NCBI GenBank assembly: GCA_965198235.1
Contig: OZ240248.1
Span: forward strand, 2,784,001 to 2,848,000
DNA length: 64,000 nucleotides
Source: Candidatus Poribacteria bacterium
GTDB lineage: Bacteria; Poribacteria; WGA-4E; WGA-3G
Reading direction: 5' to 3'
Part shown: positions 39,277 through 50,928 of the stretch, in pieces
Layout: every line of letters begins with the position of its first letter
How positions within the stretch are numbered: position 1 is the stretch's first letter
Translations under genes and position numbers: made by a program
The notes under the pieces: model-generated
What the model saw: the letters and a program-made list of their open reading frames with translations, nothing else
Databases searched by the model: none
Told to the model about the DNA's origin: nothing

Positions 39277-40065
39277 TTATGGATTGATTTTGAGTTGCGC
39301 CCATGTCACAGCAAGTTTGTGGTGCGGTTCAACAGCGAGAATTTTATCCTGAAGGGTAGCGGTGTAGAATAACAGGTTTTCAATAAACGGAAGATTCAGA
39401 TCGACCTGCGCCTGATTTTCATTTTGCATCGATGTGACGATATATGCACCATCACCATGATATAGGAGTGCCACAATGAGATGCTTACCGAGTGTCGCGA
39501 GTGGAATAAAGGCGCGATCGGGGTTGTGCCATTTATCGTTCGTCACAATCACTTTTATCTTGTTTGGCTCGGTGAAAAGCGTTCCGACCTCCGGTGCCTT
39601 TGTCGGTTCAAAATTCTCTGTGCCACCGGTTTCATCACCGTTTAGTGGTTTAGGGAGCCAAGGTGTTGGACATCCCACAGCATCATCGTGGTCCTGCTCA
39701 ACGACAATGCAAACCCCACCCTCCTCAACAAACTCTAAAACGGCATCTGATTCCTCGTCAGTGAAACGCCATCCACCTTCACAAATCTCACCTTGCCCAA
39801 GCCAGAGAATATCAAAGTCTGTGGCATCCGCTTTCGCGAGTTTCGAATCTTGCGTAATCTCGTAATCGAAGGTATAATTCTTAACTTTTTTCACACCTTT
39901 ACTAATCGTTGGTGCTTCAATCTTGCTTACGTTGTTCCCCAATATCAATACCTTTTTTGTTGTCGCAGCTATTGATGTAACAGGGAACGTCACTACAGTA
40001 AGGAGCAAACACAAAAAACATACCGAAACGGTATGAAATTGACTCGTTATTGTTCTTCTTTCCAT
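39277..40065 (-). CDS. Secreted protein with a Poribacteria-type C-terminal motif
   Basis: AGGAGG RBS, signal peptide, tail LAVEPHHKLAVTWAQLKINP. Confidence 0.85.
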   Translation of the reverse strand: MERRTITSQFHTVSVCFLCLLLTVVTFPVTSIAATTKKVLILGNNVSKIEAPTISKGVKKVKNYTFDYEITQDSKLAKADATDFDILWLGQGEICEGGWRFTDEESDAVLEFVEEGGVCIVVEQDHDDAVGCPTPWLPKPLNGDETGGTENFEPTKAPEVGTLFTEPNKIKVIVTNDKWHNPDRAFIPLATLGKHLIVALLYHGDGAYIVTSMQNENQAQVDLNLPFIENLLFYTATLQDKILAVEPHHKLAVTWAQLKINP

Positions 40066-40188
40066 TTCTTGAATACCTCCTTTTGATGCAATGGAAACTG
40101 TGTGCGTTTCAGGACATAAGAACTCACTGTCCTTTTTGCTACGGAACTTATATCACGTTATAAAATGCTGCCGACCTCATTTGGCAAA

Positions 40189-40217
40189 ATGTTAACATAT
40201 TTGTCAAAAAATGTCAA
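40189..40217 (-). promoter_or_regulatory. Putative sigma70 promoter of the cargo gene
   Basis: TTGACA-N17-TAACAT with an extended -10 TG. Confidence 0.6.
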
Positions 40218-40243
40218 GAAAAAATCAAATAATCCTTTTCCTT

Positions 40244-41334
40244 TAGGACTTACGCAATAGTTTAGAAAAGTGTTATACTTAGAGATTATGAAAACCTTAT
40301 CCCTCTCAGAAAAGAAGCAGCCGTTATTTTCGGATTACTGTCAGTTTCTGTTAGCAAGTTTCGACAACTTCACACAGACGTATTTTGCGGATCACACCGA
40401 GAAGTGGAGTCATGACCCACTCAATCGTCTGCTGCGTGAAGAACGTATCTCTGCTGGCGACTTGTGGCGATCGGTGAAAAACGATATAGAGTTTCATCCA
40501 GACGGCTACCTCCTCTTTGACGATACCGTTGTGTCAAAACCCTACGGAAACCAAGCGATTCAACCGGTTCGCAGACAATGGAGCGGTTCTGAGAAGCGCG
40601 TCGTTGAAGGTATCGGTATTGTCACATGCGTCTATGTCCATCCAAAGACGCATGCCTATTGGATCATTGATTATCGTATTTATGACGTTGACCGAGATGC
40701 TAAAACCAAGTTGGAGCATCTTCTGGATATGTTGCGGAATGCTCATTTCGTCAAACGTCTACCTTTTCGGACGGTGTTGATAGATGCCTGGTATGCTTCA
40801 ATGAACGTCATGAAAGCGATTGAAGCACTTTCTAAAGTCTACTATGCGCCCCTGAAACGTAATCGTCTTGTCAGCACTTCGGTAGAAACGCCTTACCCAC
40901 GCATTGAGGCACTGACATGGACACCTGCTGAAGCGTCTGAAGGCACACTCGTGCATATCAATAAGTTTCCCAAAGGTCATCAAGTGAAGGTGTTTCGGCT
41001 CGTGTCCGACTCCGGGCGCACGGAATATATTGCCACCAACGATTTATCTCAATCCGATACCGAGGCGACGCAACAGAAATGTCGTCTCCGCTGGAAGATT
41101 GAGCAACTTCACCGGGAACTGAAACAGACGACAGGGATTGGCGAGTGTCAGTGTCGTCAGCATCGTGCCCAACGCAATCACATCGCCTGTTGTCTATGGG
41201 TCTGGGTCTCTCTGACGCGTGCTGCTCGGGCAGCCGGTCAAACCATTTATCAACTCAAGGAAAGTTTACGCCATGACTACATGCGACAACAACTTCAAAA
41301 ACCTACTATTTCTGTCAATATTGCGTAAGTCCTA
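40244..41334 (+). mobile_element. IS701-family insertion sequence
   Basis: TIRs TAGGACTTACGCAAT/ATTGCGTAAGTCCTA; the transposase stop codon lies in the right TIR. Confidence 0.9.
40270..41328 (+). CDS. IS701-family DDE transposase (start may be ATG 40288)
   Basis: LFDDT, RRQWSG, VLIDAWYA, RWKIEQLHRELKQ..G...CQCR..RAQRNH. Confidence 0.9.
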   Translation: MLYLEIMKTLSLSEKKQPLFSDYCQFLLASFDNFTQTYFADHTEKWSHDPLNRLLREERISAGDLWRSVKNDIEFHPDGYLLFDDTVVSKPYGNQAIQPVRRQWSGSEKRVVEGIGIVTCVYVHPKTHAYWIIDYRIYDVDRDAKTKLEHLLDMLRNAHFVKRLPFRTVLIDAWYASMNVMKAIEALSKVYYAPLKRNRLVSTSVETPYPRIEALTWTPAEASEGTLVHINKFPKGHQVKVFRLVSDSGRTEYIATNDLSQSDTEATQQKCRLRWKIEQLHRELKQTTGIGECQCRQHRAQRNHIACCLWVWVSLTRAARAAGQTIYQLKESLRHDYMRQQLQKPTISVNIA

Positions 41335-41384
41335 AGTAATTGTGTATTTTGCCATAAATGACCCGATGCCTGAGAAATGCCATC

Positions 41385-41413
41385 TTGACAATACAGCGAG
41401 ATTATGTTAAAAT
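41385..41413 (+). promoter_or_regulatory. Sigma70 promoter of leuS
   Basis: TTGACA-N17-TAAAAT with an extended -10 TG. Confidence 0.75.
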
Positions 41414-41464
41414 TTATTCTTGTAAAACCACTATGAACAGGATGAAAAAGGAGACGAACGCGAA

Positions 41465-44017
41465 ATGGAGAACCATCCTTACGCTCCGGCAGAAATAGAA
41501 CCCTATTGGCAAGCCGCGTGGCAAGAAAAAGAAGTATTCAAAGTTCCAAACGATATTGAGACCTTGGCAAAAAAACCGAAGTTCTACGTGCTTGGAATGT
41601 TCCCCTATACCTCAGGTGCTGGACTTCACGTGGGGCACTCGAAAAACTACTTACCTACCGATGTGTACGCAAACTTCCGGCGGATGCAGGGTTATCACGT
41701 GATGCACCCAATGGGGTGGGACGCCTTCGGGCTCCCGACAGAACGGACAGCCGTACGCGAAAACGAACATCCGGCACACATCACACAACGAAACACTGCC
41801 ACTTTTCGCCAGCAGATGCAAAGATTCGGTTTTTCTTACGATTGGTCCCGTGAAATTGACACCTCCCTCCCCGACTATTACAGATGGACGCAATGGATTT
41901 TTCTCCGTCTTTATGAACAAGGTCTGGCATATCTCGCCAACGTACCCGTCAATTGGTGTCCCGCGTTAGGCACTGTTCTCTCAAATGAAGAGGTAAAGGA
42001 TGGAAAATATGTCGAAACGGGCGATCCAGTTGAGCGCCGCCTCATGCGGCAATGGATGCTCAAAATTACCGCCTATGCAGACCGGCTACTGGAAGACCTC
42101 GACTTATTGGATTGGCCCGATGGTCTCAAAGAGATGCAAAGGCACTGGATCGGTAAATCAGAGGGGGCGGACATCACCTTCAATATTAAAGATAGCGATA
42201 ACACGTTCACTGTTTTCACGACGCGCCCAGATACACTCTTTGGCGCAACCTACTGTGTCCTTGCACCCGAACATCCGCTCGTCTCCGAGATAACACACCC
42301 CGAGGCAGCATCCGCAGTTAACGCTTATGTTAAGGAAGCCGTCAACAAATCCGATCTCCAACGGACAGACCTCGCCACAGAAAAGACAGGTGTTTTCACG
42401 GGTGCCTATGCTATCAACCTGTGCAACAACGCGCCTATCCCGATCTGGGTTGCAGACTACGTCCTGATGACATACGGCACGGGTGCCATTATGGCTGTAC
42501 CGGGGCACGATGAACGCGACCATGAATTCGCTTCAGCTTTCGGTATTTCCATTGTTGAGGTTATCGGTGGAGGTGAAAAACCAATCGAAGAGGAGGCTTT
42601 TGAAGGAGACGGTGTCTGCGTCAATTCCGATTTTCTCAACGGCTTACGGGTTGCTGAGGCAAAGAAAAAGATGATCGCCTGGCTTGAAAGTGAGAAGAGG
42701 GGAACGCGCCAAGTTCAATATCGTTTACGAGATTGGCTCTTTTCGCGCCAACGGTATTGGGGCGAACCCTTCCCACTCGCTCACCTTGACGACGGAACTA
42801 TAGTTCAGCTGCCAGACAAGGAACTGCCTTTGGAGCTTCCACCCATTGATGCGTACAAGCCAACAGACGATGGTAAACCGCCACTCGCCCGCGCAGACGC
42901 GGACTGGTTGAAAGTGACGCTACCCGATGGACAAACAGCGACACGCGAAACGAACATCATGCCGCAATGGGCTGGTTCCTGTTGGTATTATCTCCGCTTC
43001 CTTGACGCACACAACGCTGATGCTGCCTTTGATCCGGCACTTGAACGCTACTGGATGCCTGTCGATCTTTACTTAGGTGGTGCGGAACACGCTGTGTTAC
43101 ATCTTCTCTACGCCCGGTTTTGGCATAAGGTTCTGTACGACTGCAATTTGGTATCAACCAAAGAACCGTTCCAAGGCTTGGTGAACCAGGGGACAATCCT
43201 TGCGGAATCGTATCAAGACGATGCAGGCAAATACTATTATCCACACGAAATCGAACAACGCGATGGAAAATCGGTTGCTAAAACTTCTGGCGTGCCACTC
43301 AATGTGCAAATGGAAAAGATGTCCAAATCTCGCTTTAACGTCATCAACTCGGATGATGTCATTGATAAATATGGCGCGGATGCAATTCGTCTCTACCTCC
43401 TGTTTATCGGACCCGTCACAGCCAGCACACCATGGCAAGATGCCGGTGTAGAGGGAGTCTACCGATTCCTCCAACGCGTCTGGAGACTCGTTATTGATGA
43501 AGACAGTGGCGAACTCAGCGAGAAGTTAACCGACGCTGCTGGCACAACAGAGTCTGAACTCTGGCGGGAACTCCATAAAACCATCAAACAGGTAACAGAA
43601 GACACGGAGTCCATCGACAAGATGAATACGGCAATTAGTCAGATGATGATTTTCGTTAACACCGCCACACAAGCGAAATCGTTGCCGAAAGAGATGCTGA
43701 AGGTGTTCCTACATCTGCTCGCGCCTTATGCACCGCATGTTGCCCAAGAATTGTGGCATCGTCTCGGTGAAGCGGGATTCATCGCACATTCACAATGGCC
43801 CACACACGACGAATCAGTCCTGACGAGTGCCACTGTAACGATAATTGCTCAAGTCAACGGGAAACTCCGCAACCGGCTCCAACTTCCTGCCGATGCAACT
43901 GATAAAGAAATCGAGGAAGCTGCACTCGCAGATGAGCGGGTCCAGCGATTTATTGAAGGAAAACCGATTCGGAAGGTGATTGTCGTGCCGAACCGTCTGA
44001 TTAACATCGTTGTTTAG
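41465..44017 (+). CDS. leuS: Leucine--tRNA ligase
   Basis: [21 protein letters not shown] and [12 protein letters not shown] editing motifs, KMSKS. Confidence 0.97.
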   Translation: MENHPYAPAEIEPYWQAAWQEKEVFKVPNDIETLAKKPKFYVLGMFPYTSGAGLHVGHSKNYLPTDVYANFRRMQGYHVMHPMGWDAFGLPTERTAVRENEHPAHITQRNTATFRQQMQRFGFSYDWSREIDTSLPDYYRWTQWIFLRLYEQGLAYLANVPVNWCPALGTVLSNEEVKDGKYVETGDPVERRLMRQWMLKITAYADRLLEDLDLLDWPDGLKEMQRHWIGKSEGADITFNIKDSDNTFTVFTTRPDTLFGATYCVLAPEHPLVSEITHPEAASAVNAYVKEAVNKSDLQRTDLATEKTGVFTGAYAINLCNNAPIPIWVADYVLMTYGTGAIMAVPGHDERDHEFASAFGISIVEVIGGGEKPIEEEAFEGDGVCVNSDFLNGLRVAEAKKKMIAWLESEKRGTRQVQYRLRDWLFSRQRYWGEPFPLAHLDDGTIVQLPDKELPLELPPIDAYKPTDDGKPPLARADADWLKVTLPDGQTATRETNIMPQWAGSCWYYLRFLDAHNADAAFDPALERYWMPVDLYLGGAEHAVLHLLYARFWHKVLYDCNLVSTKEPFQGLVNQGTILAESYQDDAGKYYYPHEIEQRDGKSVAKTSGVPLNVQMEKMSKSRFNVINSDDVIDKYGADAIRLYLLFIGPVTASTPWQDAGVEGVYRFLQRVWRLVIDEDSGELSEKLTDAAGTTESELWRELHKTIKQVTEDTESIDKMNTAISQMMIFVNTATQAKSLPKEMLKVFLHLLAPYAPHVAQELWHRLGEAGFIAHSQWPTHDESVLTSATVTIIAQVNGKLRNRLQLPADATDKEIEEAALADERVQRFIEGKPIRKVIVVPNRLINIVV

Positions 44018-44075
44018 AGATCCTCTTGCAATAGGTGAAGCACCACAACAAAAACACCCTAAGAAGGATGGGCTT

Positions 44076-45101
44076 ATGCGCATCAAATGTGTGATTAGTG
44101 TGTTCATATTAGTTGTCACGGCAGGTGGGGGCGTGTTTGCAGAGGGTCGTGCGGGGAAATTCGCCTTTGCCATCCGTGAGCCGTTTCTGCATGAAGACGG
44201 TTTCCGAGCTGCAACACGAATGCTGGAGAAAGGCCGAGATACAAAAAAGTGGTGGGAGTTCTATCAGTATAACATCTGTACGATGAACCCGGACGGCACA
44301 AATTTCCGCCGACTCACCAATGATGGGCTTTCGCGCAACCCGCGATGGTCACCCGATAGAGAACGAATTGCTTACCTATCCGGGGTAGACGGGGCAAAAT
44401 CGCTATATGTGATGTGGGCAGATGGTACCGAGAAAAAGCGACTAATCAAGAAACAGTATGGCATTCACGATTTCTGGTGGTCTCCGTTAAGTCACGCCGT
44501 TCTGGTTGTGGTCGAGATCGACCGTCCGAAAGATCGGCTGGAAAATTGGGAGGTAACGGTTGATGGAAAAATAAAACGGTGGCGGAGCCAGCAGTGGGCA
44601 GAAGGATGGCTACATTGGGATGCGAAAGGCAAAACGGTTAAAGAACCGAAAAGAAGATTGCTTGAAGTGTTGCCCAATGGAACAAGCTGGCCCGAGTGGT
44701 CGCCAGACCGTAGATGGATCGCGTTTAAGACCGATGGCCTCCTCGTGCTTGCAGAACCGGAGGTCGTCAGTATAAATAGAAAATGGTTTTTGCAACGCGA
44801 CGAGCCACCGTGTGCAAACATTGAAGAGTGGTCGCCAGATGGCAAACAGCTTCTGTTTTATACGTCAGGCGAGATCTGCGTTGCCACCGTAGAGCGGGGA
44901 CGATTTAAGAACTATCTGAATCTGAGCCTTTACCCAGGACGCGACGCAACATGGAGTCCGAACGGAAACCAGGTAGCATTTGTTGGAGCCAATTTGGACG
45001 GGCGACGCACCAGCGAAATCTTCACCTTAGATGTTGAAACCTCCAAAATGCAGCAGATTACCTCAACCGCTTACGATTACTTTGATCTGCATTGGCGATG
45101 A
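44076..45101 (+). CDS. Secreted TolB-like (PD40) beta-propeller protein
   Basis: Signal peptide; repeated P.WSPD motifs. Confidence 0.85.
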   Translation: MRIKCVISVFILVVTAGGGVFAEGRAGKFAFAIREPFLHEDGFRAATRMLEKGRDTKKWWEFYQYNICTMNPDGTNFRRLTNDGLSRNPRWSPDRERIAYLSGVDGAKSLYVMWADGTEKKRLIKKQYGIHDFWWSPLSHAVLVVVEIDRPKDRLENWEVTVDGKIKRWRSQQWAEGWLHWDAKGKTVKEPKRRLLEVLPNGTSWPEWSPDRRWIAFKTDGLLVLAEPEVVSINRKWFLQRDEPPCANIEEWSPDGKQLLFYTSGEICVATVERGRFKNYLNLSLYPGRDATWSPNGNQVAFVGANLDGRRTSEIFTLDVETSKMQQITSTAYDYFDLHWR

Positions 45102-45225
45102 AGGAACCATTAACTATAGGGACTAAGGTTTGGACAATTCAGACATATATTTGGATTAATCGCAATAATTGCCGAAGATATTGTTAAACCTAAATGGCAG
45201 TCAGGAGTCGGTTGAATAACTTTTT

Positions 45226-47031
45226 ATGACAAATTCCACGCTTGTTAATAGTGAACAAATAACTGAGAAAAACGTTTCGATTATCCCATTAGGAGGTTTA
45301 GGCGAATTTGGGCTCAACATGATGGTGTATGAGACCGAAGATGACATTATCGTCATTGACACAGGTTTCATGCTGCCGAATGCAGACATGCCCGGTGTCG
45401 ATCTGATATTCCCGGATATCCACTATCTGGTTGAACGCAAAGAAAAGATTCGCGGAATCCTTCTAACCCACGGACATGAGGATCATATTGGTGCCTTATT
45501 CTACGTGCTACGGCAGTTGAATGTGCCGGTCTATGGCACGCAGCTCACGCTCGCGATTGCAAGCGGGAGATTACGCGAATACGATGTTCTCAGCAAGGCA
45601 CAACTCAATACGATCGCCCCCGGCGATACGGTCGAATTGGGTGATTTTTCAGCCGAATTCATCCATGTTACACATAGTATCCCAGATGCCGTAACAATCG
45701 CATTACGCACACCGGTCGGTGTTATCGTCCATACAGGTGATTTCAAGTTCGACATGACCCCTGTCGATGGCAAGTTGAGTGATATTCAGACGCTCGCGCG
45801 TTTGGGGTCAGAAGGTGTCCATCTGCTCATCTCCGATAGTACAAATGCAGAGCGACCCGGGCAGACTCCGTCCGAGCGGAGCATCTATGGGACGATAGAC
45901 AATATCTTTCAGAAGACCGAGCAGAAGTTGTTTCTCTGCACCTTCTCTTCGAGTCTGCACCGTATCCAGCAATTCATCGACTTGGCGAATGTCCATCGGC
46001 GACTCGTTGCTGTCACTGGACGCTCCCTCATCAACAACGTCCGCATCGCTTCTGAACTCGGTTACCTTAACCTGAACCCAGACTATCTCATTGATGCCCG
46101 TGATGCGTTCATGTTCAAACCACACGAAGTCGTAATTTTGAGTACCGGCAGCCAAGGTGAGCCGCGCTCCGCCATGTCATTGATGGCACTTGACAATCAC
46201 CCGTTTTTAAAGGTAGAACAAGGTGATACCGTCGTTATCTCCGCAAGGATCATTCCCGGCAACGAAAAGGCTATCGGGAATGTGGTGAACCATCTGCTCA
46301 GACGCGGCGCGAAGATATATCATGAGCGGAATGCAAATGTCCATGTATCGGGGCACGGCGCGAGTGAAGATCTGAAGTTGATGCTCAACCTCTTGCAGCC
46401 CAAGTTTTTTATGCCGATGCACGGCGAGTATCAAAATCTTATGACGCATGCCGAACTCGCCGAGTCTGTGGGTATACCGAGTGACAACATTAAAGTCGCT
46501 GAAGATGGCGAACTCATTCAGCTTACCTCGGAGACGTGCGAGGTCCTTGGACGCGAGGGACGTTCCGGACGTGTCCTTGTTGATGGCAAGCCAGAATTTG
46601 AACTTGAGGATATCGTCCTACGCGACCGTATCCAACTCGCCGAAGACGGTATTGTCGTCCCTATTGTTGTCCTGCACAGTGATACGGGCGCAAGCACAAA
46701 CGCTGCTAATAACGACGGAGAAACACTGGAACGGCTATCTACTGGAATCAAGGATGTTGACGAAATTCTGCAGACAGATGTCCCGTCCAAAACAGGACTG
46801 AACGCCGGACAGATAGAAATTATCTCGCGTGGGTTTGTCTACATGGACAAATCGGAAGAACTGATAGAAGAAGCGAAAGAAATTACTCGGAACGTCATTG
46901 AGAGCCTGAGCGATGAACAAAAGCAGGAAACCGAGACAGTCCAAGACGAGATCCGAGGCGCGCTTCGTCGGTTTTTCTCGAAACAGATGCAACGGAGCCC
47001 GCTCATCTTCCCCGTCGTTATGCGGGTTTAG
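45226..47031 (+). CDS. rnj: Ribonuclease J
   Basis: PLGGLGEFGLNM, THGHEDHIGA, HTGDFKFD, TGSQGEP, HVSGH, PMHGE. Confidence 0.96.
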   Translation: MTNSTLVNSEQITEKNVSIIPLGGLGEFGLNMMVYETEDDIIVIDTGFMLPNADMPGVDLIFPDIHYLVERKEKIRGILLTHGHEDHIGALFYVLRQLNVPVYGTQLTLAIASGRLREYDVLSKAQLNTIAPGDTVELGDFSAEFIHVTHSIPDAVTIALRTPVGVIVHTGDFKFDMTPVDGKLSDIQTLARLGSEGVHLLISDSTNAERPGQTPSERSIYGTIDNIFQKTEQKLFLCTFSSSLHRIQQFIDLANVHRRLVAVTGRSLINNVRIASELGYLNLNPDYLIDARDAFMFKPHEVVILSTGSQGEPRSAMSLMALDNHPFLKVEQGDTVVISARIIPGNEKAIGNVVNHLLRRGAKIYHERNANVHVSGHGASEDLKLMLNLLQPKFFMPMHGEYQNLMTHAELAESVGIPSDNIKVAEDGELIQLTSETCEVLGREGRSGRVLVDGKPEFELEDIVLRDRIQLAEDGIVVPIVVLHSDTGASTNAANNDGETLERLSTGIKDVDEILQTDVPSKTGLNAGQIEIISRGFVYMDKSEELIEEAKEITRNVIESLSDEQKQETETVQDEIRGALRRFFSKQMQRSPLIFPVVMRV

Positions 47032-47119
47032 AATACAGCCTTATCATTTTTCTGCGAACCTTATCGAGCGAAAATGTGAACGCTCAAAAGATGCGTAACT
47101 AGGAAAGGAACAGATTGGA

Positions 47120-48278
47120 TTGAAATCATTTGCATTTATCGTAGCAATCGCCGCGTTGATGATAGGCTTCCCTGCCTGCGATCGAATATCGCAGATCATC
47201 CAACCCGTTACACCTCAGATAGAAGATACGAGTGGCGAGATTTCCATCGGAGTCGTTTTACCTTTGACAGGACACTTGGCTTCTACCGGCAAACTCATGA
47301 AACAAGGCTTTAGCCTGGCTCTCAAGGAAATTAACAACGCACAACTCAGTAACACAAAACTCAAGTTCATCATTGAGGATGATACCAGTACCCCAGAGGG
47401 CGCGGTTAATGCTTTCAATAGACTGATTCACCAAGAGGGTGTGTCTGTTATTCTCGGTCCCACGATCTCAAGTGCGACGCAGGCAGCATTTCCGATCGCT
47501 CAAGAAAATCAGATTGTCGCAATTAGTCCGACATCGGGTGCCCGCGGTCTTAGTGCAATCGGTGATTTTGTCTTTACGTATTCCTCTCGCGACAAATATT
47601 GTGACACTTAAAGGTGTCAAGGCAACGCAGGCAAAACTCGGCTATCAACGGGTCGCTACGATGTATGACGGAACCGATCTCTTCTCTACGGATCGGGACA
47701 CAGCATTGCGAGAGGCATTCACGGTGAACGGTGTTGAAGTGCTAACTACGGAAGTCTTCCAAAGCGGTGATACTGACTTCTCTGCGCAGCTAACTCGGAT
47801 GAAGGCGTTAAATCCGGATGCTATCTTTGTCTCGGCGTTGCCACCTGAAAAACCGGGGATACTGATTCAAGGACACGAACTCGGTATAACCGTTCCTTTT
47901 ATTGTGAGTTCATTAACCAGTGTTGAAGTAGAAGCCGCGGGTGCCGCCGCCGAAGGCGCGATAACTTTCATCGGTTGGCTCACCACAGATGACACACCCG
48001 GAAATCAAGCCTTCGTTCGGAATTACAACGCGACTTTCGGCGTGACACCAAACATCTTTGCTACGGTGTCGTATACCTCTGTCTATATTTTAGCAGAGGC
48101 GATTAAGAACGCCCAATCAACTGACGCAATCTCAATTCGAGACGCGCTGGCGAATATCAGCGACTTTGACACAGTTCTGGGTAAATTCTCTTTTAACGCC
48201 GATGGGGACGCTGTTTATGACCTGAAGGCACTCATAGTAAAAGACGGTGCATTGCAACCTTTTGAGGAACCTTTTTGA
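47120..48278 (+). pseudogene. Branched-chain amino acid ABC substrate-binding lipoprotein, frameshifted
   Basis: IGVVLPLTG N-half and GDTDFSAQLT C-half in different frames; removing the A at 47576 restores GDFVFRIPL. Confidence 0.82.
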
Positions 48279-48373
48279 TTGCCTTTCAGAGGTACCACGG
48301 AATAACTCCGAAAAGTCTTTAAACTGCAGGTTCTGGAAATTTTCAAATCTAATTCATTAGAAGAGTATAAAAT

Positions 48374-49777
48374 ATGAAAACGCAAACGATGTATGAAAAA
48401 ATATGGGAGGCGCATCTTGTGCGCGCTTCTGCAGACGATGTCCCGATTCTCTATATCGACACGCACCTCGTCCATGAAGTCACATCCCCACAAGCGTTTG
48501 AGGGGTTAAGACTCAGCAACCGAAAGGTACGCCGCCCTGAACTGACGTTCGCCACGATGGATCACAACGTACCAACAACGGATAGATCGCTACCTGTCAC
48601 TGACCTGATTGCCGCGAAGCAGATGGAAACGCTCGCGCAAAACTGCGCTGAGTTTGACATCCCGCTCTACGACATCGACAGTCCTGAACAAGGCATCGTG
48701 CATGTCATTGGACCCGAACTCGGCATCACACAACCCGGTAAAACCCTTGTTTGTGGGGATAGCCACACTTCCACACACGGCGCGTTGGGTGCACTCGCTT
48801 TCGGCATTGGCACAAGCGAGATTGAGCATGTACTCGCCACGCAATGCCTCCTGCAACAGAAATCAGAGACCTTTGAGATTCGGATTGATGGCACACTCCC
48901 TTACGGCGTGACCGCAAAAGATATTATCCTCTCCATTATCGGGCACGTCGGTATTGATGGTGGTAACGGTGCCGTGGTCGAGTTTACAGGCTCGGCTATC
49001 CGCGCCCTCAGTATCGAGGAACGGATGACCGTTTGTAATATGTCCATTGAGGCAGGTGCTCGCGCCGGTATGATTGCTCCCGATGACACCACCTATGAAT
49101 ACATCGCTGGCAAACGTTTTGCACCGAAAGGTGAAGCCTTTGATGTAGCAGTTGAACACTGGAAGCAACTCCCGACTGACGAAGGCGCAGTCTACGATCG
49201 AACGTTGCAACTCGATGCCGCAGAAATCGCACCGCAGGTAACATGGGGCACGAATCCCGGCATGGTCACCAATGTAACGGGACGCGTCCCCGATCCAGCG
49301 GACATGGCGACAGCCGACGAAAAAACCGCTACCGAACACGCTTTAGCATATATGGATCTCAAACCCGGTACGCCAATCACAGATATTGCCGTAGATAGAG
49401 TTTTCATCGGCAGCTGCACCAACTCCCGTATCAGCGATCTACGAGTTGCCGCGGAAGTCGCAAAGGGTAGGAAGGTCTCAGGCACTGTCAGTGCGATGGT
49501 TGTCCCCGGTTCACAGGCGGTTAAACGCCAAGCGGAGGCAGAAGGGCTTGACGAGATTTTCCGTGCCGCGGGCTTCGAGTGGCGTGAAGCCGGTTGTAGT
49601 ATGTGCCTCGGTATGAATCCCGATATCCTGATGCCGGGACAACGCTGCGCCAGCACATCGAACCGAAATTTTGAAGGCAGACAAGGCAAAGGCGGACGCA
49701 CACACTTGGTGAGTCCACAGATGGCGGCTGCAACCGCAGTCACAGGTCACTTTGTAGACATCCGGACGTTTGGATAG
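48374..49777 (+). CDS. leuC: 3-isopropylmalate dehydratase large subunit
   Basis: [48 protein letters not shown]. Confidence 0.97.
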   Translation: MKTQTMYEKIWEAHLVRASADDVPILYIDTHLVHEVTSPQAFEGLRLSNRKVRRPELTFATMDHNVPTTDRSLPVTDLIAAKQMETLAQNCAEFDIPLYDIDSPEQGIVHVIGPELGITQPGKTLVCGDSHTSTHGALGALAFGIGTSEIEHVLATQCLLQQKSETFEIRIDGTLPYGVTAKDIILSIIGHVGIDGGNGAVVEFTGSAIRALSIEERMTVCNMSIEAGARAGMIAPDDTTYEYIAGKRFAPKGEAFDVAVEHWKQLPTDEGAVYDRTLQLDAAEIAPQVTWGTNPGMVTNVTGRVPDPADMATADEKTATEHALAYMDLKPGTPITDIAVDRVFIGSCTNSRISDLRVAAEVAKGRKVSGTVSAMVVPGSQAVKRQAEAEGLDEIFRAAGFEWREAGCSMCLGMNPDILMPGQRCASTSNRNFEGRQGKGGRTHLVSPQMAAATAVTGHFVDIRTFG

Positions 49778-49855
49778 GTCAAATACGGGCTTGCACGAAA
49801 TGGTAAAGAGCATACCAACAACGTCCCCGCTACCAAGGAAAATACGGAGGTAACA

Positions 49856-50062
49856 ATGGAATCTACCATCATTGAAAAAATCAGGCAGCTTCCTCCGGAG
49901 CTCCAAGAAGAAGTCATTCATTTCATTGATTTTCTACGAACGAAAAAAAGTTCAAAACGGAAAAAAAGCCCGAATTTGGAGTGGATTGGCGGATTAAAAG
50001 CGTATCGTGACCAGTTTACAGCCCTCGAACTTCAGAAAAAAGCGTCAAATTGGAGGGATTAG
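49856..50062 (+). CDS. DUF2281-type antitoxin
   Basis: LPPELQEEVIHFIDFL..K, WIGGL, ELQKKA..WR; stop overlaps the PIN start. Confidence 0.82.
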   Translation: MESTIIEKIRQLPPELQEEVIHFIDFLRTKKSSKRKKSPNLEWIGGLKAYRDQFTALELQKKASNWRD

Positions 50063-50262
50063 TGTACCTCGCGGATACCAATATTTTTCTTGAAGCCTTG
50101 TTGGGACAAGACAAAAAGGACGATGTTCAATCATTCTTACAGACTATTGACGATGCATACCAATACGCTGTCGCCGCGAAATATGAGATGCAACTCATCA
50201 GTTTCGATACGGATTTTGATCGAACTGAAAGGAAACGAAAGGAACCCATTGAGGTGTTATAA
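50062..50262 (+). pseudogene. VapC/PIN toxin with an in-frame internal deletion
   Basis: YLADTNIFLE joined directly to DDAYQY...ISFDTDFD; 66 aa, about half a PIN domain. Confidence 0.78.
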
Positions 50263-50337
50263 TGAAATTCTTGGGTAGTATGAAACCCAAATTCACCAGA
50301 AAATACCAAAAACACCCAGAAGGAGAAAACGGAAAAG

Positions 50338-50928
50338 ATGGAAGCATTCAAAGAGCACGTTGGACGTGTTGTCCCACTCGACCGGATTAATGTTGACACC
50401 GACCAGATTATCCCGAAACAATTCCTCAAACGCATTGAGCGGACCGGTTTCGGTGAATTTCTCTTTAACGACTGGCGTTACCTTGAGAATGGTGAGCCGA
50501 ACCCAGAGTTCGTGCTGAACCTTCCGCGCTATGCAGATGCGAGTATCCTCATCGCTGGCGTGAATTTCGGATGCGGGAGCTCCCGTGAGCACGCGCCGTG
50601 GGCACTCCAGCAGTACGGCTTCAAGGCGATTCTCGCACCTTCGTTTGCGGACATCTTCCGAAACAACTGCTATAAGAACGGTATTCTTCCGATAGCACTG
50701 TCCGCGGATATTATCACTTCACTCAGCGAAGCAGCACATGATACCGAGGGGTATCGGTTGATGGTGGATTTAGAGGAACAATCGGTCGTCTGTCCTGATG
50801 GGACTGCACATACATTTGACATCGGTGTTTTTGAGAAGTACTGTCTGCTGAACGGACTTGACGAAATCGGTTGGACTTTGCAGTATGAGGCAGACATTGC
50901 TGCCTACGAGAACCAGAATCCCTCATAG
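50338..50928 (+). CDS. leuD: 3-isopropylmalate dehydratase small subunit
   Basis: [34 protein letters not shown]. Confidence 0.97.
   Translation: MEAFKEHVGRVVPLDRINVDTDQIIPKQFLKRIERTGFGEFLFNDWRYLENGEPNPEFVLNLPRYADASILIAGVNFGCGSSREHAPWALQQYGFKAILAPSFADIFRNNCYKNGILPIALSADIITSLSEAAHDTEGYRLMVDLEEQSVVCPDGTAHTFDIGVFEKYCLLNGLDEIGWTLQYEADIAAYENQNPS

Larger units (their letters stand above)
39151..41334. mobile_element. Composite transposon: MITE + cargo gene + IS701
   Basis: Outer termini TAGGACTTACGCA/TGCGTAAGTCCTA flanked by AGTAA at 39146-39150 and 41335-41339; inner ends lack matching duplications. Confidence 0.75.

Noticed and set aside
41340-41464. T-box or leucine attenuator upstream of leuS (also checked before leuC)
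   Set aside because: Leader is too short, with no T-box motif or Leu-rich leader peptide seen
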